Positions 8,394 to 15,530 of a DNA stretch of 64,000 bases are shown here, one piece after another (positions within the stretch are counted from its first letter, which is position 1; the number at the start of each line of letters is the position of its first letter). Made by a program: the position numbers and the translations under genes. The stretch comes from a virus: IMG/VR virus record IMGVR_UViG_3300045988_148972; one strand, given 5' to 3'. Below the pieces are notes generated by a model. The model was not told where the DNA came from, did no database searches, and worked only from the letters and a program-made list of their open reading frames with translations.

Positions 8394-8837
8394 AGAACAG
8401 TATCATTAGAAAAACAGATTGCAGGTATTATCAATGACGGTCAGGTACTCCGTAGCGAAGAATACAGAATGTATGGCAAAACAGTAGAAATAAAAACCAT
8501 AAAGGAAGGAAACTTCAAGTGTACAGTTCCAATGGAATATATGAAAGACTTGCTGGCCAATGCACGCCGCATGTCCCGTAAAAAGCCTGAAAAATATCCG
8601 GTTCCTCAAACACAAAACATTCTGGCCTTCCTTTCAAATCATCGTGAAGTGATTCCTTATTATGTGAAAATGATCAAAGAAAAAAGTGCTTCATGGTTCA
8701 AACAACAGATAAGAAAAAACTTCCCTGAAAAAGCAGAAAGCATTTTAAAAGAAGCAACATACGGAAGCGATTCTGAACTTAGACACGTTCTTATCACAAT
8801 GCCACGTGCATGGGGTAAATATATAAATGAAGAATAA
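8391..8837 (+). CDS. Hypothetical early protein (148 aa)
   Basis: ORF with the early module. Confidence 0.65.
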   Translation: MRTVSLEKQIAGIINDGQVLRSEEYRMYGKTVEIKTIKEGNFKCTVPMEYMKDLLANARRMSRKKPEKYPVPQTQNILAFLSNHREVIPYYVKMIKEKSASWFKQQIRKNFPEKAESILKEATYGSDSELRHVLITMPRAWGKYINEE

Positions 8838-8880
8838 CTGCATTGTTATTTCCGGTATACATTGTCGGTATACCGGGAAC

Positions 8881-8909
8881 TATTGTCTAACTAAAATTTT
8901 GGAATTATG
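8881..8909 (+). promoter_or_regulatory. Early intergenic module copy
   Basis: TATTGTCTAACTAAAATTTTGGAATTATG, preceded by the 9-bp-stem hairpin at 8852-8876. Confidence 0.6.
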
Positions 8910-9359
8910 AAAGTAGAAAAGAATTTAATCGAGAAAGTAGCTAATGGTGAAACTGTTTTGAAAGGTGAAGCTGTGGAAATTGCAAAAAGAGTTATTGAAG
9001 AAGGTCTTATTACTAAATTCAAGAAATTTGCATTCTTTTATCAAGGTGACGAAAAGGAGATATATGATGTTCAGGATTGCATAATAGACTTCAGGTTACA
9101 CGGAGCGGAGCTAAATATAAACTATCTAAATCCAAATAAAGGGAAGATGACAATATTTGGAATAACATTAGAAGAATCTCTTAAAAGACTATTTGATGCG
9201 TTCACAGACAACAACAAGCTTATGAATGACCTTGAAGACAGACTGTTTACGGTAAATGGCATTAAAGGGCAGTTCAAGCTCTCGTATACCGCACTTCATT
9301 ATTGCTTTGCAAAAGGTCGTATCACCGAAAAACAATGTCTTGACATGATGCGTATCTAA
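8907..9359 (+). CDS. Hypothetical early protein (150 aa)
   Basis: ORF with the early module. Confidence 0.65.
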   Translation: MKVEKNLIEKVANGETVLKGEAVEIAKRVIEEGLITKFKKFAFFYQGDEKEIYDVQDCIIDFRLHGAELNINYLNPNKGKMTIFGITLEESLKRLFDAFTDNNKLMNDLEDRLFTVNGIKGQFKLSYTALHYCFAKGRITEKQCLDMMRI

Positions 9360-9400
9360 TCTACTTCCGGATTCAGGTTTACATCCTGATCCGGAATCGA

Positions 9401-9428
9401 CGTGTAACTATAAAATTTTGGAATTATG
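9401..9428 (+). promoter_or_regulatory. Early intergenic module copy
   Basis: CGTGTAACTATAAAATTTTGGAATTATG. Confidence 0.55.
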
Positions 9429-9632
9429 AGCAAAACAAAATTCAATAAAAACGAAACAATAAGCATATTAGGTCTTACAAAAGACGAGTATAATGCTTTA
9501 CGCAGTGTTATGTATTCATCTAAAAGATGTTTTGACGAACCGGACGAAGATCAAGGTTATTATAGTAACGATGACTTCGTTTGTCTTCTGTCAAAAGAAG
9601 AAAAAGAAGCATTAGATAATTTGGAAATATAA
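9426..9632 (+). CDS. Hypothetical early protein (68 aa)
   Basis: ORF with the early module. Confidence 0.6.
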   Translation: MSKTKFNKNETISILGLTKDEYNALRSVMYSSKRCFDEPDEDQGYYSNDDFVCLLSKEEKEALDNLEI

Positions 9633-9670
9633 TTCCATCTACCGCTGTGAAGCGGAAGTTTTTAAGTTAG
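9631..9670 (-). promoter_or_regulatory. Inverted early-module copy (reads on the minus strand)
   Basis: The plus strand reads AATTCCAT..CCGCTGTGAAGCGG..TTTTTAAGTTAG, which is the reverse complement of CTAACTTAAAAA..ATGGAATT. It points antisense into 9426-9632. Confidence 0.5.
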
Positions 9671-9735
9671 TAATCCAGCCGTAGGAAAAGTAATTTTCCT
9701 TCGGCTACTTGAGAAAAATAACTATATTTACAACG

Positions 9736-9754
9736 TCAAACTTTTAAAATTATG
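9736..9754 (+). promoter_or_regulatory. Early module variant
   Basis: TCAAACTTTTAAAATTATG. Confidence 0.4.
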
Positions 9755-10006
9755 GGAAATACATTTGAGCCATTCTCTTTTTATGGGGAAATAAACAGTG
9801 ATACACTTGAAGAGTATCACTACCAGGCATTATGCAAAGCAAAGGAAATTCACGGAGAAGTGAAAGACATATCATGCGATTCTCTTACTCTTGATATCAT
9901 GGTAGGAGAGGAGTTTAAGAAATATGATTTAGGTATGTACGACGATAAGGTAGCCATGCAATCGGAAACCGGCGAAGTAATTGTCGTATGTGACACTATC
10001 AAATAA
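9752..10006 (+). CDS. Hypothetical early protein (84 aa)
   Basis: ORF. Acidic. Weak module variant upstream. Confidence 0.55.
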   Translation: MGNTFEPFSFYGEINSDTLEEYHYQALCKAKEIHGEVKDISCDSLTLDIMVGEEFKKYDLGMYDDKVAMQSETGEVIVVCDTIK

Positions 10007-10033
10007 TTCCATAGGTTAGTTTTTAGTTAGAAC
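10005..10033 (-). promoter_or_regulatory. Inverted early-module copy
   Basis: The plus strand reads AATTCCATAGGTTAGTTTTTAGTTAGAAC. The minus strand reads GTTCTAACTAAAAACTAACCTATGGAATT. Confidence 0.45.
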
Positions 10034-10114
10034 AAGTCCGGCGGAAGTGATACTCTTTCGGACTACAAATGTTTAATCAAATCGTGAGGCACACGGAAAA
10101 AACTGTTTAGAGTC

Positions 10115-10354
10115 ATGAAAGCTAGTTTTGAGGATGTAGTAAAATCAACAGGAAAGAATTTTGAATGCGAACAGTCCATAAGCGGATACTACCGTCTTGT
10201 ATGTGATGGGAAAATAATTTTAGACGACAGCGCTTGTGAAGATGTAAACGGAACTGAAGAGGAAGCGAAAGATTTCTTTGCGGAATACCTGCTTGAATAT
10301 GAAGTTCCGGAAGATAAGAAAGAATACCGTTGCGGATTATGTTTTCTGAAATGA
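10115..10354 (+). CDS. Hypothetical early protein (79 aa)
   Basis: ORF with an acidic, protein-like composition. It is fully overlapped by an antisense ORF that carries an inverted module. Confidence 0.5.
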   Translation: MKASFEDVVKSTGKNFECEQSISGYYRLVCDGKIILDDSACEDVNGTEEEAKDFFAEYLLEYEVPEDKKEYRCGLCFLK

Positions 10355-10361
10355 TAATAAT

Positions 10362-10400
10362 CATAATTCCCTGCCGCTGTGAAGCGGAATTTTAAGTTAG
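10362..10400 (-). promoter_or_regulatory. Inverted early-module copy (complete)
   Basis: The minus strand reads AACTAACTTAAAA-TTCCGCTTCACAGCGGCAG-GGAATTATG. Its ATG opens the minus ORF 10122-10364. Confidence 0.5.
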
Positions 10401-10460
10401 TTCAAAGGCCGGCGGAGAGTGATACTCCGCCAGCCTTCTTCATTTTTAAATTATAAACGT

Positions 10461-10688
10461 ATGAACAAGAAAAGAAGAAAAGAAATCGAAGACGTAAGAG
10501 AGTCGTTGAGAAAAGTATATGAGGAACTTGAAGAGCTCAAAGATGAAGAACAAGAAGCCTTTGACAACCTCCCTGAGTCTTTCCAGGAATCAGAAAAAGG
10601 AGAGCGGATGCAAGAGTACATAGAATATATGGAAGAAGCCCTTTCAAGCATTGAAGAATCAATTGAAAGTTTAAACGAAATAGAGTAA
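10461..10688 (+). CDS. Hypothetical acidic coiled-coil protein (75 aa)
   Basis: Start placed at the first ATG (MNKKRRKEIEDV...) within track ORF 10419-10688. Confidence 0.5.
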   Translation: MNKKRRKEIEDVRESLRKVYEELEELKDEEQEAFDNLPESFQESEKGERMQEYIEYMEEALSSIEESIESLNEIE

Positions 10689-10692
10689 AATT

Positions 10693-11112
10693 ATGGATGG
10701 AACAACAATTTTCTCAGTTATCTGCGTCCTGCTTTTCGCAGGCTATCTGGTGGTAAGATACCGCCGCTACAACATTCATCGTGCACTGAATCTGCCGAAA
10801 AATCCTCCGCGTTATCCGGACAGCGCCATTAAATCGGCAAAGGAAATAGGTAAATTCCTGTTTACCCGTGCTAAGATTTGCGGAGTAAATTTCATGACGG
10901 CCGACAAGGATACGGGCGTTTCCTACGAAGCTATCCGCGACATCTCTCGGGGGAAAGACACGCACATAGTGAACTTCCTGCGCATGGCTCACTTTCTGGG
11001 ATGTGAAGTGGTGATACGGCAAATAGGTACGACCGACACCGAAGACCCGGCAACTACTCCGCAAGTGTATGAAGAAATGATTGCCAACATTGAAGAGGAA
11101 AACAGAAGATAA
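10693..11112 (+). CDS. Membrane-anchored helix-turn-helix protein (139 aa)
   Basis: N-terminal TM segment IFSVICVLLFAGYLVV. XRE-like HTH VSYEAIRDISRGKDTHIVNFLRMAHFLGCEVVI. Confidence 0.55.
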   Translation: MDGTTIFSVICVLLFAGYLVVRYRRYNIHRALNLPKNPPRYPDSAIKSAKEIGKFLFTRAKICGVNFMTADKDTGVSYEAIRDISRGKDTHIVNFLRMAHFLGCEVVIRQIGTTDTEDPATTPQVYEEMIANIEEENRR

Positions 11113-11144
11113 AAAAACATACACTTCAATTAATTGATATTCAG

Positions 11145-11175
11145 CACCGGTTCAGGCGTGAATCGGTGGTTTTTT
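11145..11175 (+). terminator. Rho-independent terminator
   Basis: A 10-bp stem (CACCGGTTCA / TGAATCGGTG, one G-U pair) with loop GGCG, followed by GGTTTTTT. Confidence 0.7.
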
Positions 11176-11228
11176 GAAATTTAGATACAATTTTAATGCG
11201 ATTCTTGTTTAAAATTGTTACATTTGCC
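11176..11228 (+). promoter_or_regulatory. Middle-type promoter motif, copy 1 of 3
   Basis: GAAATTTAGATACAATTTTAATGCGATTCTTGTTTAAAATTGTTACATTTGCC ends in a TAnnTTTG -7 box (11219-11226). Confidence 0.6.
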
Positions 11229-11636
11229 ATGCAAAAGAAAAACAATGAATTAACCATTAAAGCAGGGCAAATGATTTACACTAACCAACGACGCAGGGAG
11301 CTTAACAAAGCTCTGTTTTCTAAACTGCAAAATCCCCTTATTACTACGCTCGCCGAGGAAGGCGACTCACACATTTTTCTTGAACATCTGCCAAAGGATG
11401 CCGAGGAAATTCCCACAGCCGACTGCCTGATGCGTAATGTGCCGCGAGGTGTGTTGCCGTGGAACCAGGTGATGCCGGTATTCATTCCTGCTATGTATAA
11501 CGGGAAGAAAGCATATCTGGTGAACTACGTGAACAATTCACAGAAGAGCATACAGACGGCACTCGAAAAACTGAACACCTTCGGAATGTATTACATTCCC
11601 GGCATGACGCTGGAGAAAGGAGTGGATTATGGATGA
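11229..11636 (+). CDS. Hypothetical protein (135 aa)
   Basis: First ATG lies 3 nt after the -7 box. The upstream part of track ORF 11196-11636 lies inside the promoter motif. Confidence 0.6.
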   Translation: MQKKNNELTIKAGQMIYTNQRRRELNKALFSKLQNPLITTLAEEGDSHIFLEHLPKDAEEIPTADCLMRNVPRGVLPWNQVMPVFIPAMYNGKKAYLVNYVNNSQKSIQTALEKLNTFGMYYIPGMTLEKGVDYG

Positions 11637-11742
11637 ATTTAAGAAGATGGCCATGCAGGGATGCCTTATCCTGATAGGCCTGGTTCTGGTAGTAGGATTC
11701 TGCCTGTATGGAATCATTAGTCTTGTAAAACAATTTATCTGA
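11629..11742 (+). CDS. Small membrane protein (37 aa)
   Basis: Translated by hand as MDEFKKMAMQGCLILIGLVLVVGFCLYGIISLVKQFI. One TM helix. Overlaps the previous stop. Confidence 0.4.
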   Translation: MDEFKKMAMQGCLILIGLVLVVGFCLYGIISLVKQFI

Positions 11743-11749
11743 AAACGGC

Positions 11750-12229
11750 ATGGAAGAAAAAAGATATTACTACAAGGTGTCGCTATCGAACACGCATCGC
11801 GGACGCTGCATTCAGGAACTGATTGAGAAAGGGAATAGAGCGGTGGAAGCGGCCAACAAACTTGCTGCCAGTCTGGGTGCTGAATCGCGGACGGATCGTC
11901 CGGGGCGACTGTTCCCGGGAGTAGGAATCGGAAGCCTGAAGTTCCATAGAGTTCCCAACCTTTTTGCCTACCAATTTATCGGTAAGGGAGAATATATACC
12001 GAATATGCAGAACGAGAAAGGTCAGGAAATAGTACGTAAAATCATGGACCTGCCGGACGTGACCTCCGACGATTTCCGGGTAGCGTTTGGAATACCCATA
12101 AACCGCCAGCACACTCCGCAGTGGTTTATCTACAACGGGAAGGCGTACTTGTGCAGCTGCTATCCGCTCGGCGAGGAATACGAAACCATCCTCCAGCAGG
12201 AGTTTGATTCAAAACGGAAGAAGGTATGA
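11750..12229 (+). CDS. Hypothetical protein (159 aa)
   Basis: ORF. No family recognised. Confidence 0.65.
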   Translation: MEEKRYYYKVSLSNTHRGRCIQELIEKGNRAVEAANKLAASLGAESRTDRPGRLFPGVGIGSLKFHRVPNLFAYQFIGKGEYIPNMQNEKGQEIVRKIMDLPDVTSDDFRVAFGIPINRQHTPQWFIYNGKAYLCSCYPLGEEYETILQQEFDSKRKKV

Positions 12230-12432
12230 GTTACCAGGTGAATCTTTTCCGCAAGCCTCCGGTAATTGGTGAAGTAGTTTCGCGTGCGGAATACCGCGAA
12301 ATACTTCTGGCACGCATGGCTGCCGGCGACCTCTATGCGTCGGAAACGCTGGCCATGGTGCGAAAGGCCGACATGGCGCTGGATGTGCTTCGTGAAAAAC
12401 CTATATACAAAAGAAATGATGAATCCGTTTAA
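12226..12432 (+). CDS. Hypothetical protein (68 aa)
   Basis: ORF coupled to the previous gene by an ATGA overlap. Confidence 0.55.
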   Translation: MSYQVNLFRKPPVIGEVVSRAEYREILLARMAAGDLYASETLAMVRKADMALDVLREKPIYKRNDESV

Positions 12433-12553
12433 TATTTTTCTGGTTGCTATATTAAGTGTAGCTTTTGGATGGAGTATTCTTTTTGCAATAGGAATAACTG
12501 TTTCTGCATTTAAAGAACTACTGAAAATAATAAAACAAATGATGGAGGATTGA
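12416..12553 (+). CDS. Small membrane protein (45 aa)
   Basis: Distal part of track ORF 12284-12553, starting at MMNPFNIFLVAILSVAFGWSILFAIGITVSAF. The upstream part overlaps 12226-12432 out of frame. Confidence 0.45.
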   Translation: MMNPFNIFLVAILSVAFGWSILFAIGITVSAFKELLKIIKQMMED

Positions 12554-12554
12554 C

Positions 12555-12839
12555 ATGGGATGTTTTATTTGCGCAAAATGCGGGTGTGTGGACAACACCG
12601 CAACTTCGGAATACTGGAGCATTGTGACAAGACTTGCGCCAGATGCAGAATGGGACGAAAGTCTTCTGCCGTACAAATGGAAACCGCTTTGTTCGGAATG
12701 CTGTAAAATAGAGTTTGACGAAACCGGAAATCACGCAAGATATGTTCCAGGAAAATGGCACGGAAGATTTCCGAAAGAAAAAGCTACGGAAGACCAGAAA
12801 CGCCGTGTGGGTAAAGACGGACTGATTCAACATAAATGA
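12555..12839 (+). CDS. Cys-rich (zinc-binding-like) protein (94 aa)
   Basis: CxxCxC at the N-terminus (CFICAKCGC) and CSECC later. Confidence 0.55.
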   Translation: MGCFICAKCGCVDNTATSEYWSIVTRLAPDAEWDESLLPYKWKPLCSECCKIEFDETGNHARYVPGKWHGRFPKEKATEDQKRRVGKDGLIQHK

Positions 12840-12845
12840 AAGATT

Positions 12846-13430
12846 ATGGGAGAGAAGAAATTCAAGCATGTAATGATAGATACGGAAACGCTGGGAAGGA
12901 CACCTGGAAGCGTGGTCCGTTCGGTGGCTGCCGTAGAGTTTGACCCGCAAACGGGTGAAACCGGACGACAGAAGGTGTGGAAAATAGACCTTACCGATTC
13001 TATCCGATACGGTTTTAAGGTAGAAGCATCCACACTGAAATGGTGGATGATGCAGTCGGACGAAGCACGGCGCGATTTTGTGGAAAGCGAGGAAACACCG
13101 CTAGTGGATTTCCTACAAGACTTTGATGATTTTCTAAGTTGCATAAATGATGAAAATAATTTTACTCTGTGGTGTCTTCAGCTGGATTTCGACGTGGCTA
13201 TGCTTCGTACCATGTATTCATGGTATAACCTGAACGTGCACGGATGCGACGAAGAAGTGCTTCCGTGGAACTTCCGGAAAGTGCGCGATGTGCGTCCGTA
13301 TATGGATGCTCTGGATAGTGCAGGTCTTCTTCCTCCGAAGGTAGCGGACAGACACACTCCGCTGGCCGACTGCCTGGCTCAAATAAACTATGTGCATCTG
13401 GTTGAAAAGAATAATCTTGTAGTGAGATAG
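12846..13430 (+). CDS. DEDD-family 3'-5' exonuclease (DnaQ/Rv2179c-like)
   Basis: ExoI-like MIDTETLG and ExoIII-like HTPLADCLAQ (H-x4-D) motifs. Size 194 aa. Confidence 0.65.
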   Translation: MGEKKFKHVMIDTETLGRTPGSVVRSVAAVEFDPQTGETGRQKVWKIDLTDSIRYGFKVEASTLKWWMMQSDEARRDFVESEETPLVDFLQDFDDFLSCINDENNFTLWCLQLDFDVAMLRTMYSWYNLNVHGCDEEVLPWNFRKVRDVRPYMDALDSAGLLPPKVADRHTPLADCLAQINYVHLVEKNNLVVR

Positions 13431-13434
13431 TGGT

Positions 13435-14232
13435 ATGCCGCAAGCAAGTATTTTCAATATGGATTGTATGATAGGAATGGCTTCTTTGGAAGCTCATTCC
13501 TTGGACTGTATTATATGCGATCTTCCGTATGGTGTGCTGAATAAACAGAATTCTCATGCAAAATGGGATACGGAACTTCCTCTTGATGAACTTTGGAGTC
13601 AGTATCGCAGACTGATAAAACCAAACGGTGCTATTATCTTATTCTGTCAGGGAATGTTTACAGCCCGTCTGATGATTAGCAATCCAAAAATGTGGAGATA
13701 CAACTTAATCTGGAAGAAAGGTACACGAGTATCCGGTTTCCTGAATGCAAACCGTATGCCGTTACGTAATCACGAAGATATAGCGGTATTCTACCAGAAG
13801 CTTCCTGTATATCATCCCCAAATGACAATAGGGGAAAAGAATCACGGAAGAAATACGAGAGGTGCCCAATCAAATAACAAATGTTACGGAAATTTCAAGG
13901 TAGTAGATACTGTATTTACCAACGAGAAATATCCGCTTTCGGTAATAGATATTCCCAAAGAGCATGACAGCTTTTATCATCCTACCCAGAAGCCAGTAGC
14001 ACTTTTAGAATATCTCATACGAACTTACACAGACGAAGGTGATACAGTGATGGACAACTGTATGGGTAGTGGAACGACCGGTGTAGCTTGCATGAATACA
14101 GGGCGTAACTTTATCGGATATGAGAAAGAAAAGAAGTATTTCGACATTTCTCAGGAAAGAATATTTTCAGCTCAGAAAGGAATTAATACCGCAAACGGGA
14201 AACTGATACAAGGAGATTTATTTAAGCCATGA
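13435..14232 (+). CDS. DNA methyltransferase, N6-adenine/N4-cytosine (beta class)
   Basis: CDLPYG (DPPY-type) near the N-terminus. HPTQKP and MDNCMGSGTTGVAC (AdoMet motif) near the C-terminus. Confidence 0.85.
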   Translation: MPQASIFNMDCMIGMASLEAHSLDCIICDLPYGVLNKQNSHAKWDTELPLDELWSQYRRLIKPNGAIILFCQGMFTARLMISNPKMWRYNLIWKKGTRVSGFLNANRMPLRNHEDIAVFYQKLPVYHPQMTIGEKNHGRNTRGAQSNNKCYGNFKVVDTVFTNEKYPLSVIDIPKEHDSFYHPTQKPVALLEYLIRTYTDEGDTVMDNCMGSGTTGVACMNTGRNFIGYEKEKKYFDISQERIFSAQKGINTANGKLIQGDLFKP

Positions 14233-14666
14233 ACGTCACCACCGACACAATAAACCACATATACCAGTATGCCACCTACCGCACAAACGAGCGATGCGGA
14301 GAAACCCTAACCGTTCCGGGTCTTACGGAAGGTGCGCATACCTTTTGCCGTAGCCGGCTGGAAGAAAAATATATGTTTGTGCTTTCGGCTGTGAAGGGAC
14401 TTCCTCGCGTGATGCGTTACAGCAATCGTCCGGAAGGCGCTCCATGGATTCTGGCACGCGGTCACGGAAGCCGATACGAAGGAGCCACGCTCGATTCAGC
14501 CGAGCGCCTGCTGGTGATGGCCGTCGCGCTCGGTATTGTGCGTGTGATGAAACCGTCCTGCGACTCGTGCGATGTGCCGAATGTGGTGATTGACGACGAA
14601 CGACTGCGGAAAATGGAAATGATGCAGCCCAAACATTCCAGACGTTTTTCATTGTTGAACTGGTAA
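14229..14666 (+). CDS. Hypothetical protein (145 aa)
   Basis: ORF overlapping the methyltransferase stop (ATGA). Confidence 0.6.
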   Translation: MNVTTDTINHIYQYATYRTNERCGETLTVPGLTEGAHTFCRSRLEEKYMFVLSAVKGLPRVMRYSNRPEGAPWILARGHGSRYEGATLDSAERLLVMAVALGIVRVMKPSCDSCDVPNVVIDDERLRKMEMMQPKHSRRFSLLNW

Positions 14667-14676
14667 ACCTTAGTCT

Positions 14677-14919
14677 ATGCTAACACTCGCTAACCGGACC
14701 TACGTTCTATGCTTCGAACAGTCGTACACAGCAGCTGCACTCATGGAGTGGATTGAAGCAGGTAAAGAGCCCGAAATATCTATCCGGAATGCCAAAAAAG
14801 GAGTAGAACGAAGCGTCGTTTTTACCATAAAAGACAAAGATGGCATTTATCTATCACTTATTCAGCGCATTGCATCTGTTACATCAGCAAGAATCCATGT
14901 AAAATCGGAGGTTTTATGA
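14677..14919 (+). CDS. Hypothetical protein (80 aa)
   Basis: ORF. Confidence 0.55.
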   Translation: MLTLANRTYVLCFEQSYTAAALMEWIEAGKEPEISIRNAKKGVERSVVFTIKDKDGIYLSLIQRIASVTSARIHVKSEVL

Positions 14920-14970
14920 AATTTAGCAACAATTTTAATGCGATTTCGGTTTAAAATTGTTACATTTGCC
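14918..14970 (+). promoter_or_regulatory. Middle-type promoter motif, copy 2 of 3
   Basis: GAAATTTAGCAACAATTTTAATGCGATTTCGGTTTAAAATTGTTACATTTGCC with its -7 box at 14961-14968. Confidence 0.6.
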
Positions 14971-15017
14971 ATGTCATACAATGACATGTTGGGTGATAAA
15001 AGGTATTTGTAAATTCA

Positions 15018-15041
15018 GGGTTCCGCATCCGTGCGGAGCCC
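15018..15041 (+). other. Leader hairpin upstream of the DUF4406 gene
   Basis: GGGTTCCGCA-TCCG-TGCGGAGCCC (10-bp stem with one G-U pair), followed by TTTG. Confidence 0.6.
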
Positions 15042-15060
15042 TTTGTAAAACTTGAAATAC

Positions 15061-15399
15061 ATGGCAAAGAAAAACATAAAATGCTATAACTCCGGTAAAA
15101 TAGGCGGTCTTTCCTACCTGCAGGCATACAAGAACTTTGAGAATGCAGACCAGGAGATTGCCGCGATGGGTTTCACTCCCGTGAATCCTATCATTCTCGG
15201 ACTTAAACCATCGCGCCCGTACTGGATGCACATGGTGTGGGACATTCTGCTGCTTTCCCGTTGTGGTCACATCTACCTGCAGCAGAACTGGAAGTCAAGC
15301 CGTGGAGCAAGAATCGAGTTCAGGGTGGCGAAGTTCCTGGGTATTCAGATATGGTTTCAGAGCAATCCTGGTGAAGAAAAAGTAATTAGTTCTAAATAG
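15061..15399 (+). CDS. DUF4406 / nucleoside 2-deoxyribosyltransferase-like protein (112 aa)
   Basis: MAKKNIKCYNSGKIGG...GFTPVNP...LLSRCGHIYLQQNWKSSRGARIE matches the remembered DUF4406 pattern. Confidence 0.5.
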   Translation: MAKKNIKCYNSGKIGGLSYLQAYKNFENADQEIAAMGFTPVNPIILGLKPSRPYWMHMVWDILLLSRCGHIYLQQNWKSSRGARIEFRVAKFLGIQIWFQSNPGEEKVISSK

Positions 15400-15419
15400 C
15401 CAAGTTGAATAAAATGGCT

Positions 15420-15514
15420 CCCGCGTGAAGTGCGTCGGCGCACGTTTTCCATAATGTTTAGTTTAAAAGTTTTGACAAATTCACATTTCAGGGGTTCGAC
15501 TCCCCCGCGCGGGA
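15420..15514 (+). ncRNA. tRNA-like element with an acceptor stem and T-arm but no canonical anticodon arm
   Basis: 5' CCCGCGT pairs with 3' GCGCGGG. GGGG-TTCGACT-CCCC forms a T-arm with a canonical TTCGA loop. GTGC-GTCGGC-GCAC is D-arm-like. The centre is a 45-nt A+T-rich stretch. Confidence 0.3.
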
Positions 15515-15530
15515 CTAAATCTTAAAAGAA

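Noticed and set aside
2474-9428. Integron-like gene cassettes (GTCTAAC fits the attC inverse core RYYYAAC)
   Set aside because: No matching GTTRRRY partner is positioned to pair with it. The hairpins do not include the box, no integron integrase is present in the window, and the box abuts the next start codon rather than the previous stop.
10122-10364. 80-aa minus-strand ORF opened by the inverted early module
   Set aside because: The sequence is Ile/Leu/Arg/His-rich, as expected for the antisense of an acidic gene, so it is rejected as a protein. The module itself is kept as a possible antisense promoter.
12284-12553. 89-aa ORF as a single gene
   Set aside because: Its first half overlaps 12226-12432 out of frame and reads as Arg/Trp-rich noise. 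Only the distal 45-aa TM segment is retained.
15485-15515. The tRNA 3'-end-like sequence as proof of an attP/integrative lifestyle
   Set aside because: No integrase was recognised in the window, and a matching 5' acceptor strand lies 90 nt upstream. A self-contained tRNA-like element is at least as likely, so it is kept only as an alternative hypothesis.
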